Of a stretch of 64,000 nucleotides of DNA, positions 1 to 10,000 are shown piece after piece. The notes beneath the pieces were generated by a model, which did no database searches, had not been told where the DNA came from, and was given only the letters and a program-made list of their open reading frames with translations. The stretch covers positions 9,640-73,639 of the forward strand of contig JABHFS010000154.1 in assembly GCA_018672475.1 (NCBI GenBank), read 5' to 3'. The first letter of the stretch is position 1; the number at the start of each line of letters is the position of its first letter. The position numbers were made by a program, and so were the translations under genes. This stretch comes from Gemmatimonadota bacterium (GTDB lineage Bacteria > Latescibacterota > UBA2968 > UBA8231).

Positions 1-1
1 C

Positions 2-541
2 GTCGAATCGCGCGACAATGGATTGACCTGGCATACTATCGCGGAGATCTCCATGTTTCCAGATGCTGCGCCGAGTGATCCGCAGGGCATGCGCTATTTG
101 GGCGAACCCCATGTGGTAGAGGTGGCCGACGGGCACCTGCTCGGTATGGCTCGCCACGAGGAGCAGCCCTATGTGGAAGGGCGTGAGACGGGGCGGCTAT
201 GGCAGTTTGAGTCGCTGGACGGGGGGCATAGCTGGAGCGAGCCGCGCGAGACGGAGATACTCGGGAAACCGCCGCATCTTCTGAGGTTAAAAGATGGCCG
301 TATCGTTGTAACGTATGGGTATAGACATGCGCCCTACGGGCAGCGCGCCTGTATCTCCGAAGATGGCGGTAATACGTGGGACTACAAAAACGAAGTTGTG
401 CTACGCGCCGATGGACCCAATAACGATCTGGGCTATCCGGCGACGGTGGAGTGCGCCGATGGCACTCTGCTGAGTGCGTATTATCAACGGCAAGCGCCCG
501 AAGAAAAGCCCTGTCTGATGACGACGCGCTGGCAAATTTAA
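2..541 (+). CDS. BNR/Asp-box repeat glycosidase (sialidase-like), C-terminal part; 5' end truncated by window edge
   Basis: The frame is open from nt 2. Asp-box motifs S-x-D-x-G-x-T/S-W recur three times (SRDNGLTW, SLDGGHSW, SEDGGNTW). Confidence 0.6.
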   Translation, partial: VESRDNGLTWHTIAEISMFPDAAPSDPQGMRYLGEPHVVEVADGHLLGMARHEEQPYVEGRETGRLWQFESLDGGHSWSEPRETEILGKPPHLLRLKDGRIVVTYGYRHAPYGQRACISEDGGNTWDYKNEVVLRADGPNNDLGYPATVECADGTLLSAYYQRQAPEEKPCLMTTRWQI

Positions 542-841
542 AAATAAAAGTGTTTACTCTGGTTGACGGTCACCGTCACTGGGTGATGCTGTTCGATCTG
601 GTCCAGCGATCACCGAGATCGCGCTGCTCCTTACGTCTGCACACGAAGACACCACCCAATACGACCCTGGCGAAAGACAGCCCTTTCAATGCCGCTGTTT
701 TTCCACGGCTCCAGCTTGCATATAAGCTATTGGGGGATCGTCTGGCTATCGACAAAGACAGCCCCCATGCCTCCTTGCAATACAGTGGTTATACAGCCGT
801 GCAGATCGGGGCAATCGGCGAATAGTTCTACCCAGTCCATG

Positions 842-2293
842 CTAATGCCGCCCGGCTTTGTCATCCTGATCTGCGTGCCAGGTATCGAGTTCCTGTTTTA
901 GCGTGGCGATATTCGGTGCAAAACGCGGCTGGTCGAGCTGATTTTTTTCTTCCCAGGGATCGTTCTGCAGATCGTAAAACTCGTATACGGCTTCGGCGCC
1001 GCTGCCTTCGCGCATTAGCTTGCCGTCGTCGCGCACGACAAAGGACTGCTTGCCCTTCTTCCACAAAGTGCGATTGTCCCACATTTCGGTCTGGCCCGAC
1101 CATAAGGGGGTCAAGTCGCGCGACTCGGCATCTGCCGGTACGGTCGCGCCGGCTGCCGTTAAGCAGGTGGCAAAGAGGTCAATATTACTGACGTTGAGGG
1201 CGCAGGTTTTGGGTTGTTGTGCTACTCGCGGGTCGCGCACGATTAAGGGCACGTGCGTCGGGCCTTCGTAGGGCAGGCCCTTGTAAAACGAGCGGTATTG
1301 GCCACCGAATTCGCCGTGGTCGGCCGAAAAAATGACCAGCGTGTCGTCGGCCAGGCCTTCTTCTTGCAATGTCTGCAATAACTGGCCGACGCCGTGGTCG
1401 ATCATTGCCACGTAGCCGTAGTAGGCCGAGAGGATCTTGCGATAGGTGGTCTCGTCCCAACCCGATTCATCGCGGCGCTGGCGCCAGGCCATATGCGCCG
1501 AGTTGCGAAAGATCGGTTTGTCCTCCACTCCGTGGTAGAAGTCCGGTGGCAGCGGGATCTCGTCGGGTGGGTAGAGTTGGTCCCAGGGCTCCGGGCACAA
1601 GAAGGGTTGGTGGGGGCCGAAGAAAGAGCAATTGAGGAAGAAGGGCCGGTCTTTTTGGCGTTCATGGCGCAGGTAATGGATCGATTCGCGCACCGCCCAA
1701 GAGGCCTCGTGGTGCTCTTCGTCGACAAAGTTGCTGCCCAGCATAAAGCGCAACTCGTCGGTGTGCTGGCAGGCCTCGTCTTCGGTGAAGAGGCGCACGG
1801 CTTCTGAGGGTTTCTCGGCGTAGGCGGTTTCCCGCAAATAGCGCAGATAGGCCGAGTCCTCGGCCTCCTCCGACGAATAATTGGTATAGGGCGCGTCGTG
1901 CCGACGCATATAGCGGAAACCGAAATCGCGGTGCATGGGTTTGAGGTGGAGTTTGCCGACTAGGGCGGTGTCATAGTTGTTTTGCGCCAGGTATTCGGGC
2001 AGCACCGGCAGGTCGGGCGGCATCAGGGTGGTTTGGTTGCCCTGCATGCCGTGCGTATCGGCGTAATAACCGGTAAAAAGCGATGCGCGTGCTGGGCCGC
2101 AGGCCATCGTAGGGCAATAGGTGCGGGAAAAGAGCGTGCCCTGTGCGGCAAGCGCATCCAAGTGCGGTGTCTGCACCACGGGATGCCCTAGGGTGCCTAG
2201 GCAATCGTGGCGAAACTGATCGCTGAGAATGAAGAGGATATTCACGGGGAACAGACGCGCAAGATAGATGAGCCACTGCCATACTGCATGCAT
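842..2293 (-). CDS. sulfatase (arylsulfatase family, formylglycine-dependent)
   Basis: 483-aa ORF. N-terminal NILFILSDQFRHD is followed by the C-x-P-x-R sulfatase signature (CGPARASLFTGYY) and sulfatase-like length and architecture. Confidence 0.85.
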   Translation of the reverse strand: MHAVWQWLIYLARLFPVNILFILSDQFRHDCLGTLGHPVVQTPHLDALAAQGTLFSRTYCPTMACGPARASLFTGYYADTHGMQGNQTTLMPPDLPVLPEYLAQNNYDTALVGKLHLKPMHRDFGFRYMRRHDAPYTNYSSEEAEDSAYLRYLRETAYAEKPSEAVRLFTEDEACQHTDELRFMLGSNFVDEEHHEASWAVRESIHYLRHERQKDRPFFLNCSFFGPHQPFLCPEPWDQLYPPDEIPLPPDFYHGVEDKPIFRNSAHMAWRQRRDESGWDETTYRKILSAYYGYVAMIDHGVGQLLQTLQEEGLADDTLVIFSADHGEFGGQYRSFYKGLPYEGPTHVPLIVRDPRVAQQPKTCALNVSNIDLFATCLTAAGATVPADAESRDLTPLWSGQTEMWDNRTLWKKGKQSFVVRDDGKLMREGSGAEAVYEFYDLQNDPWEEKNQLDQPRFAPNIATLKQELDTWHADQDDKAGRH

Positions 2294-2381
2294 AGCCTCC
2301 CTTGGGTGTTTATGGATGGGGAAAGGTTAAGGATATGGCGGGCCGGCGGCAAATTCGCTCGGCGACATTTTGCGATAGCCC

Positions 2382-3023
2382 CTAGTTTCTCAGCTCTTCC
2401 ATGTCGGCCAGTATTTCATCGAGTTTTTTCATTATATTGCCGTAGACCAGCTTCATATCGAAGCGGTAGAGCGCTGGCGCGGTGAGGGCTATAATCCCCG
2501 TGCAGGCGACGGCTGCTAATGCCCAGTAGACGGGCACGCCGTCTACTAGATAGATCTCGGGGCGGATTTCGATCACCTTCTTCAGCATCTTTTCGCCGTG
2601 GTGCGAAAACCATAGTCCCAATACGATGCCGACAAAAAGCACGGGATAGAAAAAGCGGTATATCATCGAAAAGCGGGCGATATTGCCTTTCAGCCAGTTG
2701 TTGAACGCCTTGATATATTCGTAACTATTGACGCCCTTATCGATGGCTTCCAGGCTACGCAAATCCCGCTTGCCGACCACGACTAGCAGGGCGAATAGCG
2801 TGAACAAGGTCGCGCCGACATAGGGCAGCCCGACCGCGACGCAGGTGATGAGCGCCACGATTGCGAAGGCCGCGAGAGCCCGCAGGTTTATTTTGAACAT
2901 GTGGGTCATCTTGTCGACGATATTGCTCGATTTTTGATTGTAGAGGTCGTTGAGCTTGGGAGCTATTGGCGCCTTGTCGTCTAGAAAGCCCTCTTGCCAA
3001 ATCGCTTCAATGGCCTTTTCCAT
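2382..3023 (-). CDS. multi-pass membrane protein, possible anti-sigma factor partner of the upstream ECF sigma
   Basis: 213 aa with several hydrophobic helices. It lies directly downstream of the sigma-factor gene with a 1-nt gap. Confidence 0.45.
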   Translation of the reverse strand: MEKAIEAIWQEGFLDDKAPIAPKLNDLYNQKSSNIVDKMTHMFKINLRALAAFAIVALITCVAVGLPYVGATLFTLFALLVVVGKRDLRSLEAIDKGVNSYEYIKAFNNWLKGNIARFSMIYRFFYPVLFVGIVLGLWFSHHGEKMLKKVIEIRPEIYLVDGVPVYWALAAVACTGIIALTAPALYRFDMKLVYGNIMKKLDEILADMEELRN

Positions 3024-3024
3024 T

Positions 3025-3390
3025 TTAATACAGTTTCCTCAAGCGGTCTTTAATGCGTGTGATGCGCACACCGATATTGTTGGCGTTAGTTCCGGTGATT
3101 TCGGCGATCTCCTGGTATGACTTTTCTTCCAAATAGAGTAGGATCACGCCCCTGTCAACTTCGGATAGCTGCCGGATGGCGTCGTAGAGCTTGTTGATTG
3201 GCGCGTCGGCGAATGCGCGACTGTCTTCGCTAGCTTCGGCCGGTAGGTAATCCGAGGCGAAACGTTGGTGGGCGTTCTTTTTCTTCTTCATCAAGGTCAG
3301 GCATACGTTCAAGGACAATTTATAGATCCAGGTCGACCATTCGGATTGCTCGCGAAAATTATCGCTGCTGCGCCAAATCTGCAGGCACAC
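3025..3390 (-). CDS. ECF-type RNA polymerase sigma factor (sigma-70 family)
   Basis: Region 2 (QEVCLQIWRSSDNFREQSEWSTWIYKLSLNVCL) and region 4 HTH (SYQEIAEITGTNANNIGVRITRIKDRLRKL) are recognisable. No in-frame ATG precedes them; the only candidate start is GTG at 3390, so the N-terminus is ambiguous and a frameshift near 3400-3500 is possible. Confidence 0.7.
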   Translation of the reverse strand: MCLQIWRSSDNFREQSEWSTWIYKLSLNVCLTLMKKKKNAHQRFASDYLPAEASEDSRAFADAPINKLYDAIRQLSEVDRGVILLYLEEKSYQEIAEITGTNANNIGVRITRIKDRLRKLY

Positions 3391-4118
3391 TTCCTGGTAA
3401 TAGTCTTCGAAGTCCTCTTGTGTATTGGTATACCCTGCAGATCTTGATGATGATCGCGGCGTAGGGCAAGATAGAGGCTAGATAAAAATCACTGCTCACA
3501 ATGTTTCGTTTCCCGTTGTTTTTTCTTGGTTAGTGGCAGCAAGCGGTGATTTATTACACCTACGCTTAGATTTTTTTGCGGTTTTTCTTTTGTTGGTAAA
3601 AGGCTATTGCTAGTGAAAATTGGGCGCGGGTATTGTCGTATCGGGGGCAGGCGGCGGCAATATATGTGGGCAGGGCATGGGCAGTGTTGGGGCAATTGTA
3701 CGAGATGATGTTGTGAAGGTCGAGAGAAAACGACGGTAGAAGTGAAATCCGCCCTGCTAACTCAGTAGCAAGTCTACTCGCTTAAACCCGTTTTAATCTG
3801 CCCCGAAGAATGGACTTCAATCGTGGTTATCTGCGGGGTATCGGCCAGCAGTCGCGCGTCATCGAGGAAAAAAGCCCCGGCCAGATGGCCTTCGATACCG
3901 ATCGACTCGATGAGGTCGATTTGGTCCGGAAATCCAGTATTGCAGTAGGTGTCGAGTATACTGAAGGGCTTGAAGGGAATCTCCATCAACTGCTATATCG
4001 CGATGCGCGAAATCGAGCCGGTATTTGTGGTTGGTGCGGGCTAGGTCCACGCCTAACTCGTCGACAAGGAGCGTTTAGTTGGTATTCGAACGGCGGATAT
4101 CCGGCATACCCCTCTAAT

Positions 4119-5723
4119 TTAGTCTGTAAGTCCGGCGGCGTGGCGACCAGCGGCCGGGTCACCGGCGGCGTAATAGGTGCCCTGGTCGGCGAGCAGCATG
4201 ACGGGCGTACCGATGGGGCCGCTCTTGGCTTCGACCGCGTGGCCGCGTTGCGCGAGTTGCTCACGGACGTTTTGTTCGACGGTTTCGCTGATGGTCAGGG
4301 AGCCGACTGCTGCGAAGGTCTGGTCGCGGTCGGGATTGGGGTCGAAGGAGTCCTGGTGATGCTGGGTGGCGAAGCGCGGGGCTATGACGGCCTCGGCGGG
4401 CCCCATGCCGAATTCGATATGGTCGAGTAGCAGGCATAGCGCCGTCTGGTCCTGCAGGTCACCGCCGGCGACACTGATGGCGAGCACGGGCTTGCCGTCT
4501 TTGAGCACCATGGTCGGGGTCAGGGTGATGCGCGGGCGTTTGCCGGCGGCGATGCAATTGGGGTGGCCGGGCGTAGTGTTGAGGCTGCGCAGACGATTGC
4601 CATACGAGACGCCGGTGGTGCCGCTGCCGCCGGGGTGGTAGACATTGGCGCTGGGCGTGGCCGAGACGACCATGCCGTTGCGGTCGGCGATGACGCAGGT
4701 GGTCGTGCCGCCGATACCGGGTCGGAAGACGCCGTCTTCTTTTATGGCTTGCATCGCGATGGGGTCGCCGGGACGGGCTTCTAACGAGGCTTGCGCCATA
4801 TCGATGAGCGGTTGGCGCAGTTGTGTATAGGCGTCGGAGAGCAGGGCGTCGATGGGTACATCGACAAACAGCGGGTCGCCGTAGTGCGCGTCGCGGTCGG
4901 CGGTGGCTAATTTTATCGCCTCAATGGCGGCATGCACATAGTCTGCGGAAAATATGCCCATGCCCTTGAGGTCAAGATTTTCGAGCAGGCGCAGGGCTTG
5001 GCAGAGATAGGGGCCTTGCGTCCAGGTACCACACTTATAGACTTCGTAGCCTTTATAATTGACCGACACCGGGTCTTCGATCAGCGTCTGGTGGGCGGCG
5101 AGATCTTCGCGGCGCAGAAAACCCCCTTGTTCGATATAGAAGGCTTCCAGCTCTTCGGCGATATCGTTGCGCTCGGGGTGGCGGCCGTAGAAGCGGTCAC
5201 AGGCCGATTGCAGTTTTTCTTCGCGGCTGCCGCTGCTGCGTTGTTCTTCGTCGAGCATGCGTCGTAGCGTTGTAGCCAAGTTCGGGTGCCAGGCCTCCTG
5301 GCCTTTGTCGAGCAGGTTCAGGGTCGGAGCGATGATCGTCGAGAAGCTTAGGGTGCCATAGCGCTGTAAGAGGGTGATGCAGAGATCCACGACGGAGGGT
5401 ACCGGGGCCATCTTGATGTCTTTGTCGGGGATGCCGTGTTGCATATACCAGTCGATAGCCGTCTGCGAGCGCGGCGCGCGGCCCATGCCGGACAGGGATT
5501 TGACCTGGTTGCCGTCCCACAGCAGGACCGGGACTTCGCCGCCGATCGAGCAGGCGCCGTGGTCGGTGACATTGAGGGCGAGGATAGTGCCTGCGGCCGC
5601 GTCGGCGGCGTTGCCGCCCTGGTCCAGAATGCTGATGCCCGCTGCGACGGCACCGGCACCTCCTGCGGCGACGACGCCGGTTTTGCTTTCGGCCTGCCAG
5701 CCGATTTCGTCAAAATTTGCCAT
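4119..5723 (-). CDS. ggt: gamma-glutamyltransferase
   Basis: 534 aa. The GGT catalytic-threonine region (IGGTTTCVIADRNGMVVSATPS) and C-terminal small-subunit motifs align with E. coli Ggt. Confidence 0.8.
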   Translation of the reverse strand: MANFDEIGWQAESKTGVVAAGGAGAVAAGISILDQGGNAADAAAGTILALNVTDHGACSIGGEVPVLLWDGNQVKSLSGMGRAPRSQTAIDWYMQHGIPDKDIKMAPVPSVVDLCITLLQRYGTLSFSTIIAPTLNLLDKGQEAWHPNLATTLRRMLDEEQRSSGSREEKLQSACDRFYGRHPERNDIAEELEAFYIEQGGFLRREDLAAHQTLIEDPVSVNYKGYEVYKCGTWTQGPYLCQALRLLENLDLKGMGIFSADYVHAAIEAIKLATADRDAHYGDPLFVDVPIDALLSDAYTQLRQPLIDMAQASLEARPGDPIAMQAIKEDGVFRPGIGGTTTCVIADRNGMVVSATPSANVYHPGGSGTTGVSYGNRLRSLNTTPGHPNCIAAGKRPRITLTPTMVLKDGKPVLAISVAGGDLQDQTALCLLLDHIEFGMGPAEAVIAPRFATQHHQDSFDPNPDRDQTFAAVGSLTISETVEQNVREQLAQRGHAVEAKSGPIGTPVMLLADQGTYYAAGDPAAGRHAAGLTD

Positions 5724-5920
5724 GGTTAGAGCTCCTGGTCGAAGAAGGGATGCAGGGCGAGCAGTGCAATATCGCTCCGTTGTAGCAGTTTGTCGAGAAA
5801 ACAGTGTTTTGTGCCAGGCGCCGAAGGGGATGAGGATGCGCTGGCCGGGGCGCGCGTCGAGGGCGGCGCTGATTAGCGCGTAGTGGGGGGTGTTGATGTT
5901 GGTCCAGTCGCCGTATCGGA

Positions 5921-6619
5921 TTAACCTTGCCCGGCGAGCCAGCGTTTGGGGTAGTCGGTGAGCACGGCGTCGACGCCGGTCGGGGGGATTGAGTCAAAAG
6001 CGCGTTTGTCGTAGTTGGCTTCGAGGTGCATGGCGTGGACTTCAATGCCGAGCTCGTGGGCCATATCGACAAAAAGCGCGTCGATGATTCGCCAATCCAA
6101 TTGTATTATGCTGCAATCGAGGCTGTGGGTCTTTTTGAGGAATGCCGGCGTATTACGCGGATGGGGACCAAGGTGGCAACCGCTGAGCTTTGGTTGTAGA
6201 CTGCGGGCTTGTTGCCAGGTGGGCTCGTTGGTTGCGAGATAGGCGTGGTTGAGCATGGCGTGTTGGGTAATTGCGCTGACGACGGCGGGAACTAGTCTTT
6301 TATCGTCTATGGCTTTGAGGTGGACATTTATGCGCAGCGATTTGCCGAGGGCTTGGAATATCTCGCCCAGGGTAGGCACGCATTCACCGCAACCGGTGTC
6401 GAGTTGTTGCAATTCTTTTAAGGTCAACTCGGCGACGGAGCCCACGCTGTTTGTGGTGCGGTCGACATGGGCATCGTGCAGCACGACGGGATGCCCGTCG
6501 TGGGTCAGATGAACGTCGAGTTCGATACCCTGGGCACCGATTCGGGCGGCAGCGCGAAAGGCGCCCAGGGTGTTTTCGGGGTATTCGGCGAAATGGCCTC
6601 GATGGGCGAAAACCTGCAA
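5921..6619 (-). CDS. glycerophosphodiester phosphodiesterase (GDPD family)
   Basis: N-terminal VFAHRGHFAEYPENTLGAFRAA...GIELDVHLTHDGHPVVLHD is the canonical GDPD His/Arg/Glu/Asp motif. Confidence 0.8.
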   Translation of the reverse strand: MQVFAHRGHFAEYPENTLGAFRAAARIGAQGIELDVHLTHDGHPVVLHDAHVDRTTNSVGSVAELTLKELQQLDTGCGECVPTLGEIFQALGKSLRINVHLKAIDDKRLVPAVVSAITQHAMLNHAYLATNEPTWQQARSLQPKLSGCHLGPHPRNTPAFLKKTHSLDCSIIQLDWRIIDALFVDMAHELGIEVHAMHLEANYDKRAFDSIPPTGVDAVLTDYPKRWLAGQG

Positions 6620-6631
6620 TAGAATACCTGG

Positions 6632-7480
6632 TTATTCCGTTAGTCGCCCGATCGCCTCGCGTGGTCCGACCAAAATCATCCGGCCCCAAGTGATATCGTC
6701 GTCGCCATTGCCATAGATCATAAAGTGGCCGCCGTAGGAACCGCCGTCAGGGTCGGTGTGCACGATCTCCATGCTGTATTCGTCGCCAACCTGGGGGGCT
6801 TGCCAGCGGGGATCGCTTTGGCCGAAGGTCGAGGCCAGGTCGACGCGCGCTTCGAGAATAAAATCTCCCTTGCTCTTACCCCAAGGATTCATCTTTACGC
6901 TATAGTCGACGGAGGGCGCGGGGATCGGCTCTTCGATATAATTCTGCTTGGGCGCGCCGTGGCGCCACCAGGCATTTTTTGGTGTGTGTTCGGGACTGGC
7001 GGTAAAGCAGAAGGCGTTGTCGCCTTGGCCGAATTGCTCGTTGGCGGCGTCGCGCGGACCTTCCATAAACCAACAGATCGCGTCTTTGAAATACCAGCGG
7101 CTGTCGTACAACACATGTCCGTCGAAATCTTCGACCGACACCGGGTCTTCAAGGTCGTTGACATTGTCGTGGACCTCGGCGCCGAAGTAGAGATTTTTGT
7201 CGTCCCAGGCGATATAGTAGCGGGCGCTCAAGTCTTCGGAGAGGTGCGGCTCGTCGCCGTGGTCGGTAAGGCGGTTGCGGGCGCCGCGGTCGAGCGTATA
7301 GAAGGAACTCTCGGCGATACGGCGCATATCCCAGAGGCCGTCGTTGTGCGCGAGGTCCTTCCATTCAGCAAGGTCGCCGTCAATTTTGGGTGCTTCTTCT
7401 AAGAAGGGGACGTTGAGATTCATATCGGCGTAGAGGCCGAGGGGGAGTAGCAGTAGGATGGTGCACAGTGCTTTGAACAT
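6632..7480 (-). CDS. secreted CBM9/DOMON-like carbohydrate-binding domain protein
   Basis: Signal peptide MFKALCTILLLLPLGLYA. PKIDGDLAEW...YIAWDDKNLYFGAEVHD resembles the CBM9 fold signature. The true start is probably the internal Met, not the 297-aa ORF start. Confidence 0.5.
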   Translation of the reverse strand: MFKALCTILLLLPLGLYADMNLNVPFLEEAPKIDGDLAEWKDLAHNDGLWDMRRIAESSFYTLDRGARNRLTDHGDEPHLSEDLSARYYIAWDDKNLYFGAEVHDNVNDLEDPVSVEDFDGHVLYDSRWYFKDAICWFMEGPRDAANEQFGQGDNAFCFTASPEHTPKNAWWRHGAPKQNYIEEPIPAPSVDYSVKMNPWGKSKGDFILEARVDLASTFGQSDPRWQAPQVGDEYSMEIVHTDPDGGSYGGHFMIYGNGDDDITWGRMILVGPREAIGRLTE

Positions 7481-7539
7481 GGTCGGGGCTCCCTGATGAT
7501 TGGTTTGCGCTATAACGATAAACACAAGCGCTATGTCGT

Positions 7540-8286
7540 TTAGCGATAATTTTCGCCGCGGTCTTCGGGCACAAAATCCACTATCTGGCGGGCGTGTCCG
7601 AGATCGCGGTAGCCGTATTTATTGTCGGAGTTGATAAAGAAGGTGTCGAAGGGCAATTCGAGTGGAGCCTCGATACATTTTTCGATCGACTGCACGGCGT
7701 CGCGGTGGCTGCACCAGACGGCGTATTCGCGTGCTTGCGTCGGGCGATTTTCGGGGTTTACGCGGCCGAAACGCAGGCAGAGCACTGAGTAGTGGCCGGC
7801 ATCGGCGAAGGCGCGGGCCAGCTCTTCGCCCCAGACTTTGCTGGCCGCGTAGAGGCCCGCCGGGCGCAAAGGGGACTCGTGCGTGAGCATCGGCCAGGTG
7901 TCGCCGATGGCGCTGTAGTCGCCGGCGAGCAGCTCTTTGTAGGGGGTGTGTTGGCCATAGCCGCCGACGACGGAGCCGCTGCTGGCGAAGATAATGCGGC
8001 GCACGCCGGCGTTGAGGGAGGCTTCGAAGATATTTGTCGTGCCCTGGATATTGGCGTGTTGGATGGCTCGGTGGTTATTGCCGATGTGCGCGGCTAGGTG
8101 GATCACGGTGTCGATGTTTTTGAAGGCGGGCTCGATGGCTTTGAGATCGCTGATGTCGGCGCGGTGGCAAGGGATGGTGGTGAGGCGGCGGCGGTTTAGG
8201 GCACTTAGGTTGTAGCGATTTTTTAGATGCGCGATGGTGGCGGTGCCGATTAGGCCGGTGGCGCCGGTGATGAGGATGTTTTGCAT
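7540..8286 (-). CDS. NAD-dependent epimerase/dehydratase (extended SDR)
   Basis: MQNILITGATGLIGTATIAHL Rossmann motif plus a YxxxK-type SDR core. The 53-codon N-terminal extension of the listed ORF is probably not translated. Confidence 0.7.
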   Translation of the reverse strand: MQNILITGATGLIGTATIAHLKNRYNLSALNRRRLTTIPCHRADISDLKAIEPAFKNIDTVIHLAAHIGNNHRAIQHANIQGTTNIFEASLNAGVRRIIFASSGSVVGGYGQHTPYKELLAGDYSAIGDTWPMLTHESPLRPAGLYAASKVWGEELARAFADAGHYSVLCLRFGRVNPENRPTQAREYAVWCSHRDAVQSIEKCIEAPLELPFDTFFINSDNKYGYRDLGHARQIVDFVPEDRGENYR

Positions 8287-8574
8287 GGGAGGCTCGTGGT
8301 TGATGGTCTTGGTTGGCGGTGTGCCCGCTTGCTCATACCGCGCCCTGCGGGCGCCTCGCCGACCATCCCTAGTCGGCTCCGAGGGGCGGTCTAATCCGAT
8401 TTTGCAATCCTGCAAGATCGGGACAACAAACCGCTGCGGAGGCATGCCTCCAACCAGCCCTGGTAGCTGGCGAGTTTAACTGCTGGACCATATTAGTACG
8501 GAATTGCGAGGGGGGTGTCCAGCAAGTGGAATGAATTGTTGTGGGGTGGAGGTGCTTTGGCTACTATATCCGGC

Positions 8575-9846
8575 ATGCGATGTATAAAGGTTATAGGCGC
8601 GTTGTGCTTGTTGTTGTCTGTCGGTTGTCAGTCCAGTGGTGAGCGCGCGCCTGGCGAACCCGTGCCGGTCTCGATATGGATGTTTGGGGGTTCTACTGAG
8701 CAGAATGCCTGGGTGCGGCGGGCGGTGGATGGGTTTAATGCATCGCAAAGTGAGATCGTCGCTGACTTTGAGGCGAAGGATTGGGCGACGCAGCGGGAGA
8801 GTTTGATTACCTCGACGATCGCCGGGGCCGGGCCAGATATTATTCGTGTGCACCATATGTACTCGGTGGAATTTGGCGAGTTGGGCGGTTTGTATGCGCT
8901 GGATAATTTTGTGGATTTTCCCGCGGTCAAAGAGCGGGTATTGGATAATTTGTGGGACTATGTTTCGTATGATGATAGGCCCTATGGACTGCCGACCCTG
9001 GTGCTGCCCTTTGTGCTGGCGGTGAATCAGGATTTACTCGATCGGCATGGGCTGGATATTCCGCTGACCTGGGAAGACATGATGGCGATGGGGCCGGTGC
9101 TCAAAGAGAGCGGGGTGCATGCTTTTACCATACCGGCCGGGGCCAATCAGGATGCGGCCTATCGTTTTTTGCCGATGTTTTACAAAGCTGGTGGGCGGGT
9201 GTTCAACGAAGATTGGACCAAGGCGGCGTTTAACGGGCCGGCGGGTTTGGCGACATTAGAATATCTGGTGTCGATGAAAGACCAGGGTTTTATGCCGCCG
9301 GCGTGTGCGGCCTATGCCGACGATGAGAATAAGGCGATGTGGTGTACGGAGAAGGCCGCGCTGACGATCGAAGGACCGTGGTGGCAGACGGTATTGGGCA
9401 ATATGTACGACTTTCCTCTGGAGAAGATGCGCCTGGTCAAGCTGCCGGGGCCGGCGGTGCCGGTGGGGCCGCATCCACCGAAGACCCTGCTCGATATGGT
9501 GATGGTGTCGATTACCGGTTATTCGCCGGTGCCCGAAGAGGCGTGGACCGTGCTTAAGGCGCTATGGCTCGAAGATCCGCAGTGGCGCGAGCCCAATCCG
9601 ATGATGGGCGGCTTGCCCGCGCTGAAGGTCGCCTACGGGCCGGATGTGGAATCTAAATTTATCGACGGCGAGGTGCTGGCGGCGGCTGGGCAGAATGGCT
9701 TGGCTTGGCCGGCGCACCCGGCGATTACTCAGATTCAGCGCTCGATGGCGGATGCGTTGAATATGGCGATGAGTGGGGCGCTTGAGCCCCAGGAGGCGCT
9801 CGATCAGGCGGCGGCAGAGGTTGATGAGATTTTACTGGAGTATTAA
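8575..9846 (+). CDS. ABC transporter substrate-binding protein (CUT1 sugar family), lipoprotein
   Basis: Lipobox LSVGCQ and extracellular solute-binding family 1 architecture. It is paralogous to the next gene. Confidence 0.8.
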   Translation: MRCIKVIGALCLLLSVGCQSSGERAPGEPVPVSIWMFGGSTEQNAWVRRAVDGFNASQSEIVADFEAKDWATQRESLITSTIAGAGPDIIRVHHMYSVEFGELGGLYALDNFVDFPAVKERVLDNLWDYVSYDDRPYGLPTLVLPFVLAVNQDLLDRHGLDIPLTWEDMMAMGPVLKESGVHAFTIPAGANQDAAYRFLPMFYKAGGRVFNEDWTKAAFNGPAGLATLEYLVSMKDQGFMPPACAAYADDENKAMWCTEKAALTIEGPWWQTVLGNMYDFPLEKMRLVKLPGPAVPVGPHPPKTLLDMVMVSITGYSPVPEEAWTVLKALWLEDPQWREPNPMMGGLPALKVAYGPDVESKFIDGEVLAAAGQNGLAWPAHPAITQIQRSMADALNMAMSGALEPQEALDQAAAEVDEILLEY

Positions 9847-9910
9847 GTGCGCATTTTCCCTTTGAAGGATGCGTAATAATCCTTGTTGTTCGTCCCCCCG
9901 TCCCTTAGTT

Positions 9911-10000
9911 ATGTTGTTGAAAAAAATACTACTCCCACTATTTATAACCCTTGCAGTCAGTGCCTTCTGTCCTTTATATATACTGCTATTATGTCATTGA
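9911..10000 (+). repeat. partial duplication of the substrate-binding protein 2 start / signal-peptide coding segment (29-codon uORF MLLKKILLPLFITLAVSAFCPLYILLLCH)
   Basis: Nt 9911-9950 and 9991-10030 align at about 32/40 identity (atgttgttgaaaaaaatactact... vs atgtcattgaaaaaaatactact...). Confidence 0.5.

Noticed and set aside
542-600. Near-palindrome gacggtcaccgtc after the first gene as a possible terminator
   Set aside because: The stem would have a 1-nt loop and no T-run, so it is not a credible intrinsic terminator.
3810-4430. 206-aa plus-strand ORF overlapping the 3' end of ggt, and the small 3774-3989 minus-strand ORF
   Set aside because: They overlap a confidently assigned gene or have no recognisable motifs and no RBS. 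They are most likely non-coding. The 3391-4118 region is treated as intergenic/promoter.
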